A stretch of 64,000 nucleotides of DNA from Albugo candida (Eukaryota). How positions within the stretch are numbered: the first letter of the stretch is position 1; every line of letters begins with the position of its first letter. Shown piece by piece: positions 35,301 to 48,429 of the stretch. Location of the stretch: assembly GCA_040437565.1 (NCBI GenBank), contig JBDOQK010000035.1, forward strand, positions 248,001-312,000. Reading direction: 5' to 3'. The position numbers were made by a program, and so were the translations under genes. The notes below the pieces were generated by a model. It saw only the letters and a list, made by a program, of their open reading frames with translations. It searched no databases and was not told the origin of the DNA.

Positions 35301-38300
35301 AGAATAGTGAGCACACAATTACTGAGATATAGAAACTAAGATGGACACGATCGAGAAATATAAAGAGGAGATAGGAAGGCATGCGAAAATGTGGAGCTGT
35401 AAGCATCAATTTACATCCATCATCGCTCAAATTGAGTCAAACAAATTTCTTTTGAGCGAGCATATGCTACGTCAACTTCTATCGCCTTGCGAGAATGCCA
35501 AAAAAACTCGGGCAAAACGAAGAATCCAGCATGTTGTCTTTCGAGGGTGTGCAGCGCAACGAGAAGAGTGCCAAGGGCATCACTCGGAAGGTTCCATATC
35601 GGAGACTTTCGAAATTGACCATCAGATATTTGTAAGGACTGGTCACGTTATACCCGAAAAGAATTAACTGTTTTCAAGATCCGAATTCTGTGATGGAGTA
35701 TATAAATTTTTGATCTTTATGCCGTTTTGGTGGCCATTTCGCTGTCACGGCATCTACATAACCAGTTTATGAGCAATAACTTACTACTACTTAATAAGAT
35801 CTAGTAGCGCTGATAATTTCACACACCAAAAAATTACCAAAGCATTGGGCCACTTGCGAAAGCCACTGAAATACAATGATGTATTGAGACACAAAGATTC
35901 CCTTTCTTCGAATGCGGAGAAACGAGAGTTACTTGCCCGATCTTGCAAAAAACAAGAATTACGACTTTATAAAAGATTTTACCAGCCTGTTCCGCAATTT
36001 TGCGTCGTCATAAAGCTCATCCTCTAAGGTCAATTCGAAACATATGATAGCAGTTCGTTCCTTTCTTCGGACACGGAAGCTACCTCTTCGAACTTTGGAA
36101 GTCTCCCTCCGTGACGTATGTCGCTACAAATGCTTTTAGATGTGGATAGCTCATCGTATTTGTGTTTGTTCCGATCATTGAGAAGCTATGAACAAAGTTC
36201 TTACTGTTCGTCCAGGATTTCGGTTACGTGCAATTGCACAATGCATCTATTTGTAACTTTGCATTGTAAACTACCGGCTGCATCAACTGATGCCACCTTG
36301 CCCTCCATTTCTAGACGCTCTCTGTTCTATGCACTACGTATCTGATGGATGAATCGACCGCAGTTGCGCACAAAACTTGTTTTAGTGAGCTGCATTTATT
36401 TGTATCTAGTATTACCAAAGCAAGAAAGATCACATCCTCTCAAGTGATAGGTGTTAAAGAAGGTTGTGTTATTGTCAAGTTACGCTATCGCACGATGCAT
36501 GTTGGTAACGGCACAGGATTACTGACGCGCGGCTAGGCGATTTCTAATGCGCCACTATACGATTAGTACTGCGCGGTATGGAAAACTATCAAGGTATAGT
36601 CGGAGAAACCAAGAGGCTTAGAGTAGCAAGAGAGTCTGCGAACTAAGGACCTAAGTATACTTTAGTATTCGATTTGCCACCTGCTGGGCACTACGCATCT
36701 TCTAACAATAGACAGGGTGGTGTCATATGTGAGAACACTGCATGGAAGTATATTTATAATATCACGCTCTATCGAGAGCCACGAGAAGCCGTTAAGGGCG
36801 ACAAAGAGGACGGAAGTGAACCTGAATATGAGGAAAGAATCCTTCTTTATCAGTTGTAGTTGATAATATAATTCATATCGACTATTTTCTGGCTTGATTG
36901 TAAAATATTTTGCAGCTTCCAAACTCAGATATGAACAAATCTTTCGAAGAAGATTCGACTCCGATCACAAGGGAAATCAACTGTTGCTGTAATGTGTATT
37001 ACCGCGACGAGGACATTGCAATAATTCTAGTATCTCATTCGCTTTTTTTGGAACTACATGTGCATCAATTGCATCTACGATTAAGGGAGTGTACCAATAA
37101 AAACAAAAGGGCGGGTCAAATGTATGATTCCGTGTGCCGAATAGTCGCGAGCAAGCTAGTTAGAGATTTTGCAATGGATGGCCAATAATGGGTTCAGTAA
37201 AACCCTATTGTCTCGTTTCTGAGATTCTAGCAGCATCAAGAAGGTCGAGTATCCGGATCAATGGCAAAACATTGCAGTTACACTTTTGTCAAACATATTC
37301 GCATTTTCAGCTTTCGGGATGTCAAAATGATTTATAATGCAAGCCGAGTTCAGTCATCGATATAGTATTTGATTATATACTGAACAGAGCTAAACACAGC
37401 CTTACTTTTATCCCGTCGTATTTCCAATTATAATATCTCGGGTCCGTAATGTTGTCAACTCGAACAACGCTCCAGGACGTCAATGGAATGTATTCCCGGT
37501 GTAAAGACAATGCAATTGGTGCGCTCTGTTTGAAAAGATACCCACATGATCTTCGATTTTTAACTACTGAAGTCACAAAGAATTCTGATTTTGAGTTGGT
37601 TGCATCCGATGCTTCATAATTTCTTCCTATGCAACGTTTAGTCGCTTCGAGAAACTTGTCACACTGATATCAACCTCTTTCTGTATCACGCCAATCCTCG
37701 TCGTGGCGTCTTATGGCACACATAAATACCTAGCTTAATGTTTGAGATAGTTATTTTTTCTTGAAAACAAGAAGGAATGAAATTATGTTCAAAGGAAAGT
37801 GAGAAGTTTACATTCAAAGTTAAATTAAGGAGATAACATACCAACTGCAATTTTTCACATTACAACTCAGTAGTCCAATTGAGGCTTTCTTATTACTAAA
37901 AGTAACAGATTACTGCAATGCCTATGCTCCGTGCATGCAAAACATCCATAGAAAAGACCCAGATGAGTTGATAATATGTGGGCCGTTGACAGCACTTGCC
38001 TCATCCCAACCAATACAGTACGAGACTGTGAGTAGCTTATGATAGATGTTATTAGTCATTAATGTATTGTCGCTCATATACGCGTCCCTACACGGGTATC
38101 CTCCAACCAGTGATTACCATAGCCAACGAACAAGGACTACAATCGGGGTTGCACTTTCTCTTCTACAAGCCATAAACCGTACCCGCAGCAATGATCGTTC
38201 AGTAAGAAAGAATTCAATCAGAACATATTTGCTTTGTGAGTCAATCAACCACTTTTTCCACCTTGTATGTTTTTCTTGATCACACATATCATCGTCGTAA

Positions 38301-39164
38301 GAATCACCATTTCCTGGATAATCATCGTCTGAGTGAGTTTCTGCTATGGTATCGATGAGCGTCAGAATCTTCAGCATTCTATTCCTTTTATCCGAGATTA
38401 CCTGTAAACCGTTTGGTATCAAGAACGTATCATGACGAAGTAAGAAAACATTCAGATTCGAGTCGCTAAACTAAAAAACATTGAACTAATTCTATCCATC
38501 CTTCCCATCTATTAGAATGTTCAACGTCTAGAAGGCATGCAAAAAATACTAGCGCATGCGAAACTACCAGTAGCGTTGAGACTGATCTATGCTAGAAATG
38601 AGCTATGTCACTTTGGCGCGTCATATATCAGATGTCCTTATTGATTGTTGCTCAATGTTTGATTTTTCTTTTGTGCTAGGTTGAAGGAAGTTGTCATTTG
38701 TAATATAGATTGAGATAAGTCAAGGAACCTTCCCTTGTCTAAGAAAGTCATTATTGTCGATTGATGCAAGCTATATCTGGGACAAAATGTAGCTCGCTGA
38801 TGAAGATTGCCAGAAACACACCATTCAGGCCTCTTACATGCGGTCTTGGATTTTGGTTGGCACTACTGCGTATGTATTCTACTGGAATAGTTTGACATCC
38901 TAGTGGATGTACGTATTATCAATCTTTCATAGTAAACCATACCATGGAAGATTGCCCATTTGAATCAAGAACGATGTCAGTAACAGCACGCGATAGCTTT
39001 CTGCAAGAGCTTCACTATTAATTCGCCTTGTAAAGCGTCAATGGCGCCTATACTTGCCTGTTATTTGAGCGGTGATGCTCGTAATAGCACATACGCATTG
39101 TATTCAGCATCCAATGCTTATTTCACGTTACAACGGCTAAAAAAGCTCATCGGGATTAGGCATT

Positions 39165-39810
39165 TTTGATTTCTTCTCCATGGTACTCTTCGTTCGGTAT
39201 GCCAGTGAAGCTGCTAAGCTCATACGTAAACAGTGCTAGCGATTCAACACTAAGAAGCGATGTAGAAGCCAAGATCGCATCCTCTCCCTCCTCAGATATC
39301 GAACTCGGAATACGCTTTGACTTTGCTCCCTGGATCGGCTTTATCGATTTCTCGGATGCTTTCCTTTATGATAATTAAATAAAATGTACAATATATTAGC
39401 GGATAGAAGCTTGTGCAGAACAGGGAAAACATCTCCTCTTTTGTATTTTTAACGACTATTAATCCTTTTTTACTATCAGCATTTTTCATGCGTGAAGAAA
39501 AAGCAACACAGCCGGAGCAAATGTGAGCTTTTCTGACCACAAGGAATCGCCATTTTATACACACTGACCGCTGACGACATGCTTGTCGAAGCATCAAGTG
39601 GGAACGTAATTGCACAAATGGATTCTAAGCTTTTCAGAAGACTATATGTAAAAGATCCAGCAAATGCTCGCTTTTTTCTCGAAGTCATTTTTGCCAAAAT
39701 CCAAATCTCGATCAGCAATTAAGTATCAGAAAAGAAAGCCCGACGGCTGATATAATGAAATGCCAACCAGCGTCAAACCTGCTTGAGCAAGGTCAGTTTA
39801 TTACCAAAAA
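39165..39810. repeat. More diverged fragment (copy D) of the decayed unit
   Basis: Similar to 10360-11010 and 32770-33400 (AAACAGTGCTAGCG, AAGTATCAGAAAAGA anchors). Confidence 0.65.
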
Positions 39811-40649
39811 TGGAGTAGAAGTAATGACTATCCCAAGAAGTCGAGAAATTGTATCTTTTATGTCGTAGCATGCTTCGAGCACGTTTCTCTTTTATTTTGG
39901 GCTTGACATTGTAGTTTTGGAAAAATATAAGCAATTACTTACAGACCAAAGGATGCGCGAGTATTGTTTCCATCAAATGACTTTTTTGAACAGCCTCTGT
40001 CTTGTATCTGAAAGACGCGAGGCGGCAGCCGAGATCCCCCTTTCCTTACCCACAGCCTTGGATACACGCAACACGCGATATACACACATGTAGACTTTAT
40101 GCAATAGATCTAATGTCCGAATGATATACTGCATGATATATTGCACCCATTCAAGCCTTCAACTTGGATTTTTTAGTGAAGAACTCTATGTTGTTGATAA
40201 AGATTCCATTCAAATGCGTTTAGTAGTCGTGTGTAGCTTTAGTTTAAAAGCAATACATCGGGCTAATGGTGAGGTGTAGTATTTTCTTGAGCGTACAAGT
40301 ACCTTTTTTATGTATCAGAAAAATGATGAGCCAAAAATGTACCAGCAGCGAGACACAGGCAGTAAACTTTGGTATGTATCCCTCCCACTGCACCGGAATT
40401 TCATTGAACCGCATGAGCATTTTAGTGTGACCCAGTTGACTTACATTTCTCCTGTACACGACTTGCTTATATGGACTGAATTGTAACTGGACCAGAATTT
40501 TTGACGCAGCTTCGCTTCAAACCTAAAAAAAGATAAAAGCAGCCTTTTTAAGTGAATTAAATTGATCTTGAATTTGGCATCCGCAAAGTTTGATTAGTGC
40601 AGGTGAATAACAATTTGGTATTGGGGGCGTTTACAGCCTCTTCTTCAGT

Positions 40650-41850
40650 TGTAGGTGTCGATATTACTAAAATTAGACTAACTGACTTCTCTAGTTGCCT
40701 AGGTATCTTGAGTCATAACTATGCATAAAAAACGTTTCGTGGACATACCTGTCAGAGATGATATTGTCTGTTTTCGCTGATAGTCCTGTATTGCGCTAGC
40801 ATCAAAACCACCACAGTACGAGACTGTGTTCAGCGTGTTTATGATGGGAAGTTGTAAAAGTACCGTGTTTACGAAATGGTGTGTGCCACACTAGCCTTAA
40901 CATAGTCATCCAACTAGGACTAGGATCCGGTTTGCACTTGCATTTCCGCTTGCCTGTGTCGGACCCGCAGCAATGATCTTCGATTTTTGTGAAATCCAGC
41001 GATTTATCTTTGACTAGCGAGTTGATCCAGTACTTTATCAAGCCGAATGTGTTCGTCTTGGTCGTAATACTGCCTTCGGAAGCACCGGACGTGCGCAATA
41101 AGCGTGGTGTAGATCACGGAAATGCTGGAAGTGTCGGAGTTGCTGATCGCTGATCAAACAAACGACAATTCATATCTGTCCAGACGATGTGTAGCGTCAC
41201 GGCTTGCAACGCACGGATATAATTTGCTGATGATTCTTCCATGCCAGCCAAAGTGTTGGTACAATTGCGCATGCATATGCGTCCAACTTGGTCTGCATGA
41301 GAAGAGCTAATCCAGAGTAGAAGAGGACCCCTCCAAAATTGTGCCGTGTGATCCCACTCGAAATAGAGATGTGGAACGGATTCCACTGCGCCACATGAAG
41401 GCTGCTTGCGCCATATAATGTCGGGCTGAAAATATCTTTATAAAATTAGAAACGAGATCGAATTGGCAATATCCAAAATGCTAGACGAAACCGCAGATGT
41501 TCGAAAATCGGTAGGACAGGTTCCGAAAATGCCGGAATGTAACCATAAATGTTCCAACTCGTATAGAATCCAGTGCACCTGATCTCTCCCTTTATGACCA
41601 AAAGGTTAACACCGGATTACTCGTGGTTGGTTCGGAAGGTTTCCAGACGATTCGCTAGAGTTGAGAGCGTGGAATTTATGGGAAATAATGTTTCCTATGA
41701 TTGCTTTGTACTCCCACATACTTCTCAATTTGCCGGCTACTTCGTAACCCGTCAAGTTAGTACAAAACAACTCGAAAAACTACCTATTTCAACTCTTCCC
41801 TCTCGAAAACAATGGTTCAAGTCGACATGTCGACACAACCAAGGGTGCTA
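40650..41850 (-). mobile_element. 3' portion of a decayed L1/Tx1-like non-LTR retrotransposon (zf-RVT region and tail)
   Basis: Minus-strand remnants PVLPIFEHLRFRLAFWILPIRSRF, ESVPHLYFEWDHTAQFW and LQAVTLHIVWTDMNCRLFD. Confidence 0.7.
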
Positions 41851-42170
41851 GCGTCCACTTGTAGTGACGTGGCAACCCTCATGAGTCACCCTCTTTTGGG
41901 TGATTGCATGATTGTTGATGAGTCGTCACCCCTGTGTGATGACGTGGAAAGTACCCCCCACCCCCAGTGTGACGGTACAGAGTAATACCGGTACTACCGG
42001 TGTCGGATGTGGTACCGGTGGTACATGCGGTACTGTCGTTGCCTCGTCACAGGGTGACTCAAAGGCAACTNNNNNNNNNNNNNNNNNNNNNNNNNNNNNN
42101 NNNNNNNNNNNNNNNNNNNNNNNNNNNNNNNNNNNNNNNNNNNNNNNNNNNNNNNNNNNNNNNNNNNNNN

Positions 42171-42815
42171 GACATTATCTCAGATTTATGGCTTGCATTG
42201 CAAGCGGTGACACTGCACTTCGTCTGGACAGATCGGAATCGTCGTTTGTTCGATCATCGATCAGCAACTCCGACAGTTCCAGCACTTTCCGTGATCTGCA
42301 CCACGTTTAGTGCGCACGTTCGGTACTTTCGTAGGCAGTGTTACGACCAAGACGAACGCAGTCGGCTTGGAAAGGTGCTGGATCAACTAGTACAGCAAGG
42401 ATCAATTAGTGGATTTTTTAAAAGCCGAAGATCATTACTGCGGGTACGGCTCAGGCAAGTGGAAAGGCAAGTGCAACTCGCGTCCTAGTCCTAGTTGGAT
42501 GGCATTGTTCAGACTAGTGTGGCGCACACCAATTTGAAAACCACGGTAGTTTTGGACCATTTTACAGCACACGGTAGTTTTGGATCATTTTTTCACAACT
42601 CTTTACAACTTTCAACAATTATCCGTTACACGATGGATACACTCTCGTACTGTAGTGGTGAACGTTACCGCACTGCAGGACTAGCACCGAAGGACATATT
42701 ATTATCTCTCACAAGTATTTCACGAAACGTTTTTTATATGTTTGTATGTTATTTAAGATAGCCTAGGCAACTAGAGAAGTCAGTTAGTCTAATTCTAGTA
42801 ATATAGACACCTTCA
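42171..42815 (+). mobile_element. 3' end of a second copy of the same L1/Tx1-like element, opposite orientation
   Basis: DLWLALQAVTLHFVWTDRNRRLFDHRSATP...FSAHVRYFRR. Tail CCTAGGCAACTAGAGAAGTCAGTTAGTCTAATT is the reverse complement of ~40672-40703. Confidence 0.75.
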
Positions 42816-42985
42816 CCTGTACTCCCGCATGAAATGATCCGCCACTTGCATTTGGTTGGATCCGAGTGATCAGACAAATCGTTCAGTGAATACGCTGTAG
42901 TATCTGCGTGACTGCATTGTAAATTCGACTCAGCAACTTGTCTTCAGCCATGTCCGATGTCTTCAGCTTTTCGTGGTTTTAATAA

Positions 42986-45843
42986 GGGAATTGTTATTTC
43001 CACCACACTTTTTACAATTTCCATCATACCATAACTTTCAATATCACAGGCGCACCACACCACACCACAGCACTCTCGTTCGCCCGATCTCTTCGCTCTC
43101 ATTCGCTCAGTCTCGCCTTCATTTGCTAGAAGTTCTGGAAAGGTCGTGTTTATTAACCTCGTCAAGTCGTCTGGTTTATATACTTGGCTCATTTGTGTCA
43201 AACGACTCTACACAAACTAACTAAATTCTACTTCCTAAATTTCTGGCGTACCGATTTTGACTTTGTTCTTTTTAACTTTGTTTTGATTGCAACAACCGAT
43301 TTGTGCTCTAGGAATGTGACAGCGGTGGTGGTTGTTCCTGCCGTTGTGGCCATGCATAAAGGTAGGGGCCAAGCAAACGCCGCCATTGACGGACGAAGGG
43401 CGCATCAAAGTTGCAGCAAAGCGGTCCGAAGTATAATGCCGGAAGAGGACCATTGTCCAAGAGCTGAGGGACTTGGAAATTGCTCGTGGCTGGCTGAACA
43501 TCATTGGGATCAAACGCGCACCGAAAACAAAATCGCTCGGAATAAACGAGAATGACGAAATCCGGAAGCCGTTGTCATTGTGCAGCAGACCGGATACCCG
43601 TGCGAAAGTGTTTGCCGCAATTATCATGTGTAGTGGCGCAGAGAACTAGTAGCCGTAGTCGGCCGGTGATTCGGCGTGCTCGGTTTCTTGCGTGAATATC
43701 TCAAGGTTGACAGGCGAACCTGGCTCCGTCAGTTGCTCGATGTAAAATTCCTTGTTATTGTGAAGATGCGTGGCCATGCTAAGCTTTTGTAATGGCTGGA
43801 TTCATCACACGGACTGCAATGACGGCGACGTTTTGTGGCATGCTCAAATCCGGATGGATCTCGCTTTGTCGACGACCTCTGCTTGTTTTTGGTCCCAACA
43901 GTCCTACTCTTGGCTTTCACCACAGAGTGATCGCCGAGGGCGGTATCTGACCAGCCAGCAACTTGTCAATCAGCGCGCAAGCGATCGCGCGTTTAGCTGT
44001 GGGCCATGATCTGGATACCTCCTGCAGCCGATTCAATGCACTGCTCAGCTCTGAGATGCGAACCTGGCCGTCTTCAACCGGCTGTTGGTAATTCAGGTGC
44101 CAATGCTGTGCAATGCAACCAAGACTGATTGGTTCCTTTCCGCCCAATTTGCATATGTCAATAGCACAGGGTATGACAAGCGTTGTGCTGAATGCACCAC
44201 TGCACTCCCGTAATGGTTGATTGGTAGCCGCGCTTCGGCCATCAAATCAAGCTGCGTATCGATCAATCGCAACGCGTGCTGTGATATGGCACCTTTCAAA
44301 TCCGCATATGCCGGAACTTCTCGTAAACAATGCGGCATTCTGGTTTGCTTCGTTACAACAGAGGCGCAGAATGCATGAGCCCCCTCTACCGTCGATGTTG
44401 ATGTATTACAGAGAGGTTGGCTATCGCATGTCCAAGCTGCGAAAAACTTCTCTTTATGCACAAGCCATGTTTCACTGAGATAAGTGCACACTGCCTGCAA
44501 ATCCGAAAACTTGGTAAGAATTTGTTCCCTGTGTAATTGGGTCTCGTCAGGTGTGCGGGCCTGGAAAAGGCCGGTACACAGCTGCAGAAGTGCCTCATGG
44601 TGGTCGTTTTCTTGGAAATGTGCCTTTGTCCTTGCGAGAACATTCTTTTCAATGTGCCACAAGCACAAAAGGTGGCGGGAGCCAGGAGCTACACGTGCGC
44701 GGGCTGCTGCCAATGACGAATCTGCATCGGAGACTACCACATCCGGAAGTGCGTCATTGACATACAGCTGGCCAACCTCCTTCTAAGCCCACACATAATC
44801 AAGTTAAGCTTCTCCACTTAGAAAAGCGAAGCCAATCGAGAAGCTGGTGTTCAAGCTTGTGCGGCCGACAAAGTGCAGCAACAGCATCCGGAACCGGTTG
44901 GTGTTGTAAGTGCAGTCTAACAAGAGCACTGAACTGCACTGTTTGGCGAGCGCCACAGAGTTGACATGCGCAAAAAAGAATCGTTTCGCACTGCCATCGG
45001 CGCTGCATTCGAGCGCGCGATAGAACTCGTGTCGGACTCAAGCTCTTCCATCAGCGATTGAATAGACGTTCGGCCGTCCAGTATTACGCGACGACGTTTT
45101 GATTTGGCGGTATAGATCGTTCTTGCGATCGCCAAACTTTATGGATCCTCTTGGCGTGATGATTGCAGCACTTGGCGCGTGGGCACACCAGCTGCTATCA
45201 TCTTCTAGACAGACTCTTTTGTGTCATTGTTCAGACGCCGGCAACTCGGATGCCCAGCAAGGTTGGGCAATTCACTTCGAGATACCATCCAGCGTTCCGC
45301 TTAATTCCAATTGCTTTCCACTTGCAGTCGGTCATACGTGTCCCGTTTTCCCGTTGGCTCTTTTCTGGAACAAGGTGGACTAGTTTCCGCTTTCAAAATG
45401 AGCCGCCAAGGTCACAACCAAGTTCCACACGCGGATTGGTGCGAGTTTTGTCCGACCTTTGACTGTGAACGCGAAACCTGTCTCCAGTCCGTAATTCTTG
45501 ACATGATCTATAAGTGCTTCTCGATCCACAGAGACCATCTGTGTGCTGAGTTCGGCCCTTCTGTTGGAGACTCTGGTTAGAAGCACGCTTCAAATTTGTG
45601 GGGCGTTCAGATCAGTCAGCACATTTTGCACAACAGACGAAGTCACAGCCGGTCAATTTTCACGCAGGGTAAAACAGTGACAGAAGTTACAAGAGCGAGT
45701 TTGCGAGCAAATGAGAGCGAGACTGAGCGAATGAGAGCGAAGAGATCAGGCGAACGAGAGTGCTGTGGTATGGTGCACCTGTGATATTAGAAGTTATGGT
45801 GTGGTGGAAATAGTAAAAAAGTGTGGTGGAAATAACAATTCCC
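42986..45843 (-). mobile_element. Mutator-like DNA transposon (MULE) with ~150-bp TIRs and a degenerate transposase (~43750-45590)
   Basis: TIRs GGGAATTGTTATTTCCACCACAC... / ...GTGTGGTGGAAATAACAATTCCC, flanked by direct repeat TTTAATAA (42978-42985, 45844-45851). Transposase remnants: FAR1-like REALIDHVKNYGLETGFAFTVK, LDCTYNTNRFRM, VVSDADSSL...HLLCLWHIEKNV, TSTVEGAH, KRDPSGFEH...CSPCDESSH. Confidence 0.9.
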
Positions 45844-45852
45844 TTTAATAAA

Positions 45853-46644
45853 GGGTATTGATATCCCGACAACTTTTCTTTAATTAGATTTTTATTTTTC
45901 ATTTTAAATACATCATGCCTAATTAAATTATTACTCCCACAACTTTTTTGTAACAATAAATAATGGTTTCGATATCCCGACAACTTCTTGTAAAATACAT
46001 TTATTTTTTATTTAGATTACGTCATGCCTGCTTAAATTATCACTCCCACAACTATTGAAAAATAAATAAGTTTACATTTCCAACTAATAGAAGTCATTTA
46101 CGTCTAAGGCTCACCATTAATAGACGATTCATTACCAGTTTCTGTTGTTGAGCTATAATGCGTCGTAAAGACACAGCAATTATTATGTACCAACGCCGAA
46201 AATAAAATAAATTTAGGAAATTTTTTATTTACTAGAGCTTGTCCTGGATCTGAGCTAGCGAAAGTTGCGTTCCTCACGGTGGCGCGGTATTGCCAATCTG
46301 CATCCACCTGAGGTTAATTTGCATCTGAACAGCTTGCCAATGAGTATTTCTTACATGCAAAGGTGTGGTCTCATTCCCATTTGCTACTATAGAAAGTAAG
46401 TAGAATGTGTCGAATGGAATATGTCATATGTATTAGCCGATCAGTTGAAATTCTCTGTGTATTAGCCAATCACAAATAAGTCTCGATTTAAGTTGTTGGC
46501 GCAACAATTAAGGGTGTGTATGGATGTGGTTAATTAGAAATGTAAAATTATTTATGTATTTTGCAAAAAAGAAAAAGTTTTGAGAGTAATAATTTAATTA
46601 GGCATGCTGTAATTTAAAAAAAAGTTGTCGGGATATCAATACCC
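45853..46644. mobile_element. Non-autonomous TIR element (MITE, probably Mutator-type), ~790 bp
   Basis: Perfect terminal inverted repeat GGGTATTGATATCCCGACAACTTT / AAAGTTGTCGGGATATCAATACCC, extended by CATGCCTAATTAAATTATTACTC. The left end has a tandem second subterminal copy (~45965-46060). AT-rich, no coding capacity. Confidence 0.85.
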
Positions 46645-48360
46645 TCGATATAGGGCGACGAAATATTCTTTCGTCGGCCATGTGTCGCTTTCTCGATAAA
46701 AGCCGTGTAGACTTCGAATTTCGTAAGCTGTAGCGAACGATTTTCGAAATGTGTGTTGTGTTTCGTCAACCACTCCAAGCTTGTTGATCACAGTAGAACC
46801 ACATCGGTTGTTCCATGTACTACTGACCGCGTTGTAGAACTTTCAAATCTGAAATTCTAATGCTCCGATCCACCTGATACCACATTTTGAGTGCAAGTTT
46901 CCACCATGAAGATGTACTCTTTTAGTTTCATTTCCCCATGTCGATGGGGTGTGATGGTGGATATGTCCATCGGTCTGTGTAGTCCGAACGTAGTTTGGAT
47001 AAGTTGTAATAATTCCGTCGAAGCAATTGTCCAATTCGCAAAAACAATTGTCGACGCATCGGATGTGAACTGCTGAAGGAATTGAATACGTTGTAGCTTT
47101 AGTCGTCCCACCACAACAAAAACTTGCAGTCCACTATCTTGTCGACGAAGATAGAAAAACGCTTTGCTGATCATGTGAACGCGTTTCGGATCTTTTTTGT
47201 GTTTCCGTCCAAGCACAAATCGATTTGGCATCGATTGCCACTGTCGAATATTCTTCGCTGGTATGTCCACGTGAATAGTGTAATTCCACAGGCATAATAA
47301 TATCATCGTCTGCGCAACCAGTCGACCACGGACAGTTCGTGCACGTCGAAACCATACACCAAATCCATCATAGAAACGCTTGTCAAGAGTTGATATACCC
47401 ATCGAAGGAGTCAGTTCTAGCCGAACGGAATACCCAAATACTTGAACGAATTCTCCGGGCCTATTATGGTCAAATCGGGAATACGTGGACACGGCATGGT
47501 NNNNNNNNNNNNNNNNNNNNNNNNNNNNNNNNNNNNNNNNNNNNNNNNNNNNNNNNNNNNNNNNNNNNNNNNNNNNNNNNNNNNNNNNNNNNNNNNNNNN
47601 TTGTCGACGCATCGGATGTGAACTGCTGAAGGAATTGAATACGTTGTAGCTTTAGTCGTCCCACCACAACAAAAACTTGCAGTCCACTATCTTGTCGACG
47701 AAGATAGAAAAACGCTTTGCTGATCATGTGAACGCGTTTCGGATCTTTTTTGTGTTTCCGTCCAAGCACAAATCGATTTGGCATCGATTGCCACTGTCGA
47801 ATATTCTTCGCTGGTATGTCCACGTGAATAGTGTAATTCCACAGGCATAATAATATCATCGTCTGCGCAACCAGTCGACCACGGACAGTTCGTGCACGTC
47901 GAAACCATACACCAAATCCATCATAGAAACGCTTGTCAAGAGTTGATATACCCATCGAAGGAGTCAGTTCTAGCCGAACGGAATACCCAAATACTTGAAC
48001 GAATTCTCCGGGCCTATTATGGTCAAATCGGGAATACGTGGACACGGCATGGTTCTATTCAACGAGAGCAAGCAATATTTGCTTAAGTTGAATTTCGCAC
48101 GCGATCCATCGCAATAGACTTGAACGAGTTCGAGCTGCGTCAAAACACCATGGTGTCTCTGAAAACAACGTCGAATCGTCTACAAAAAATAACCTAGTTG
48201 CGACAATCGCGCCACTGATCCAAACACCATGCACTTCATGTTGTTCAAAGTAATTTTCCCAAACGTTCGATCATCATCAGAAAAAGCATTTTGAGAGAGG
48301 ATCGCCTTGTTTCACGCCATGTTGGAAATTGTGATACTCCCATATTAGTTTCTGCTGGTA
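46645..48360 (-). mobile_element. Decayed L1/Tx1-like non-LTR reverse transcriptase region (contains assembly overlap 47049-47500 / 47601-48052)
   Basis: Frameshifted minus-strand translation gives HGVKQGDPLS, LFFVDDSTL (YADD-equivalent), AKFNLSK, FKYLGIPF and WFRRARTVRGRLVAQTMIL. Confidence 0.85.
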
Positions 48361-48429
48361 AAAACGAAAAGAGAAGTTCAATTAGGTTCTTAGGGCACAA
48401 TCTGTGCAAACCTAAGCCTACTGAATCTT

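Larger units (their letters stand above)
29730..38810. repeat. Copy C of the ~9.5 kb decayed unit, with pepsin-fold paralog 2
   Basis: Collinear with 7090-16630. Both copies are also preceded by the same ~160-bp segment (5791-5950 and 29363-29523). Confidence 0.85.

Noticed and set aside
41968-42051. TGTGACG...CGTCACA-bounded 84-bp segment resembling a Gypsy LTR
   Set aside because: Too short, no TSD, PBS or PPT in the right place, and adjacent to a gap; cannot be supported.
46857-48045. 191-251 aa ORFs that look like a novel gene
   Set aside because: They are frameshifted pieces of the LINE ORF2 downstream of the QGDPLS/FVDD/KYLG RT motifs.
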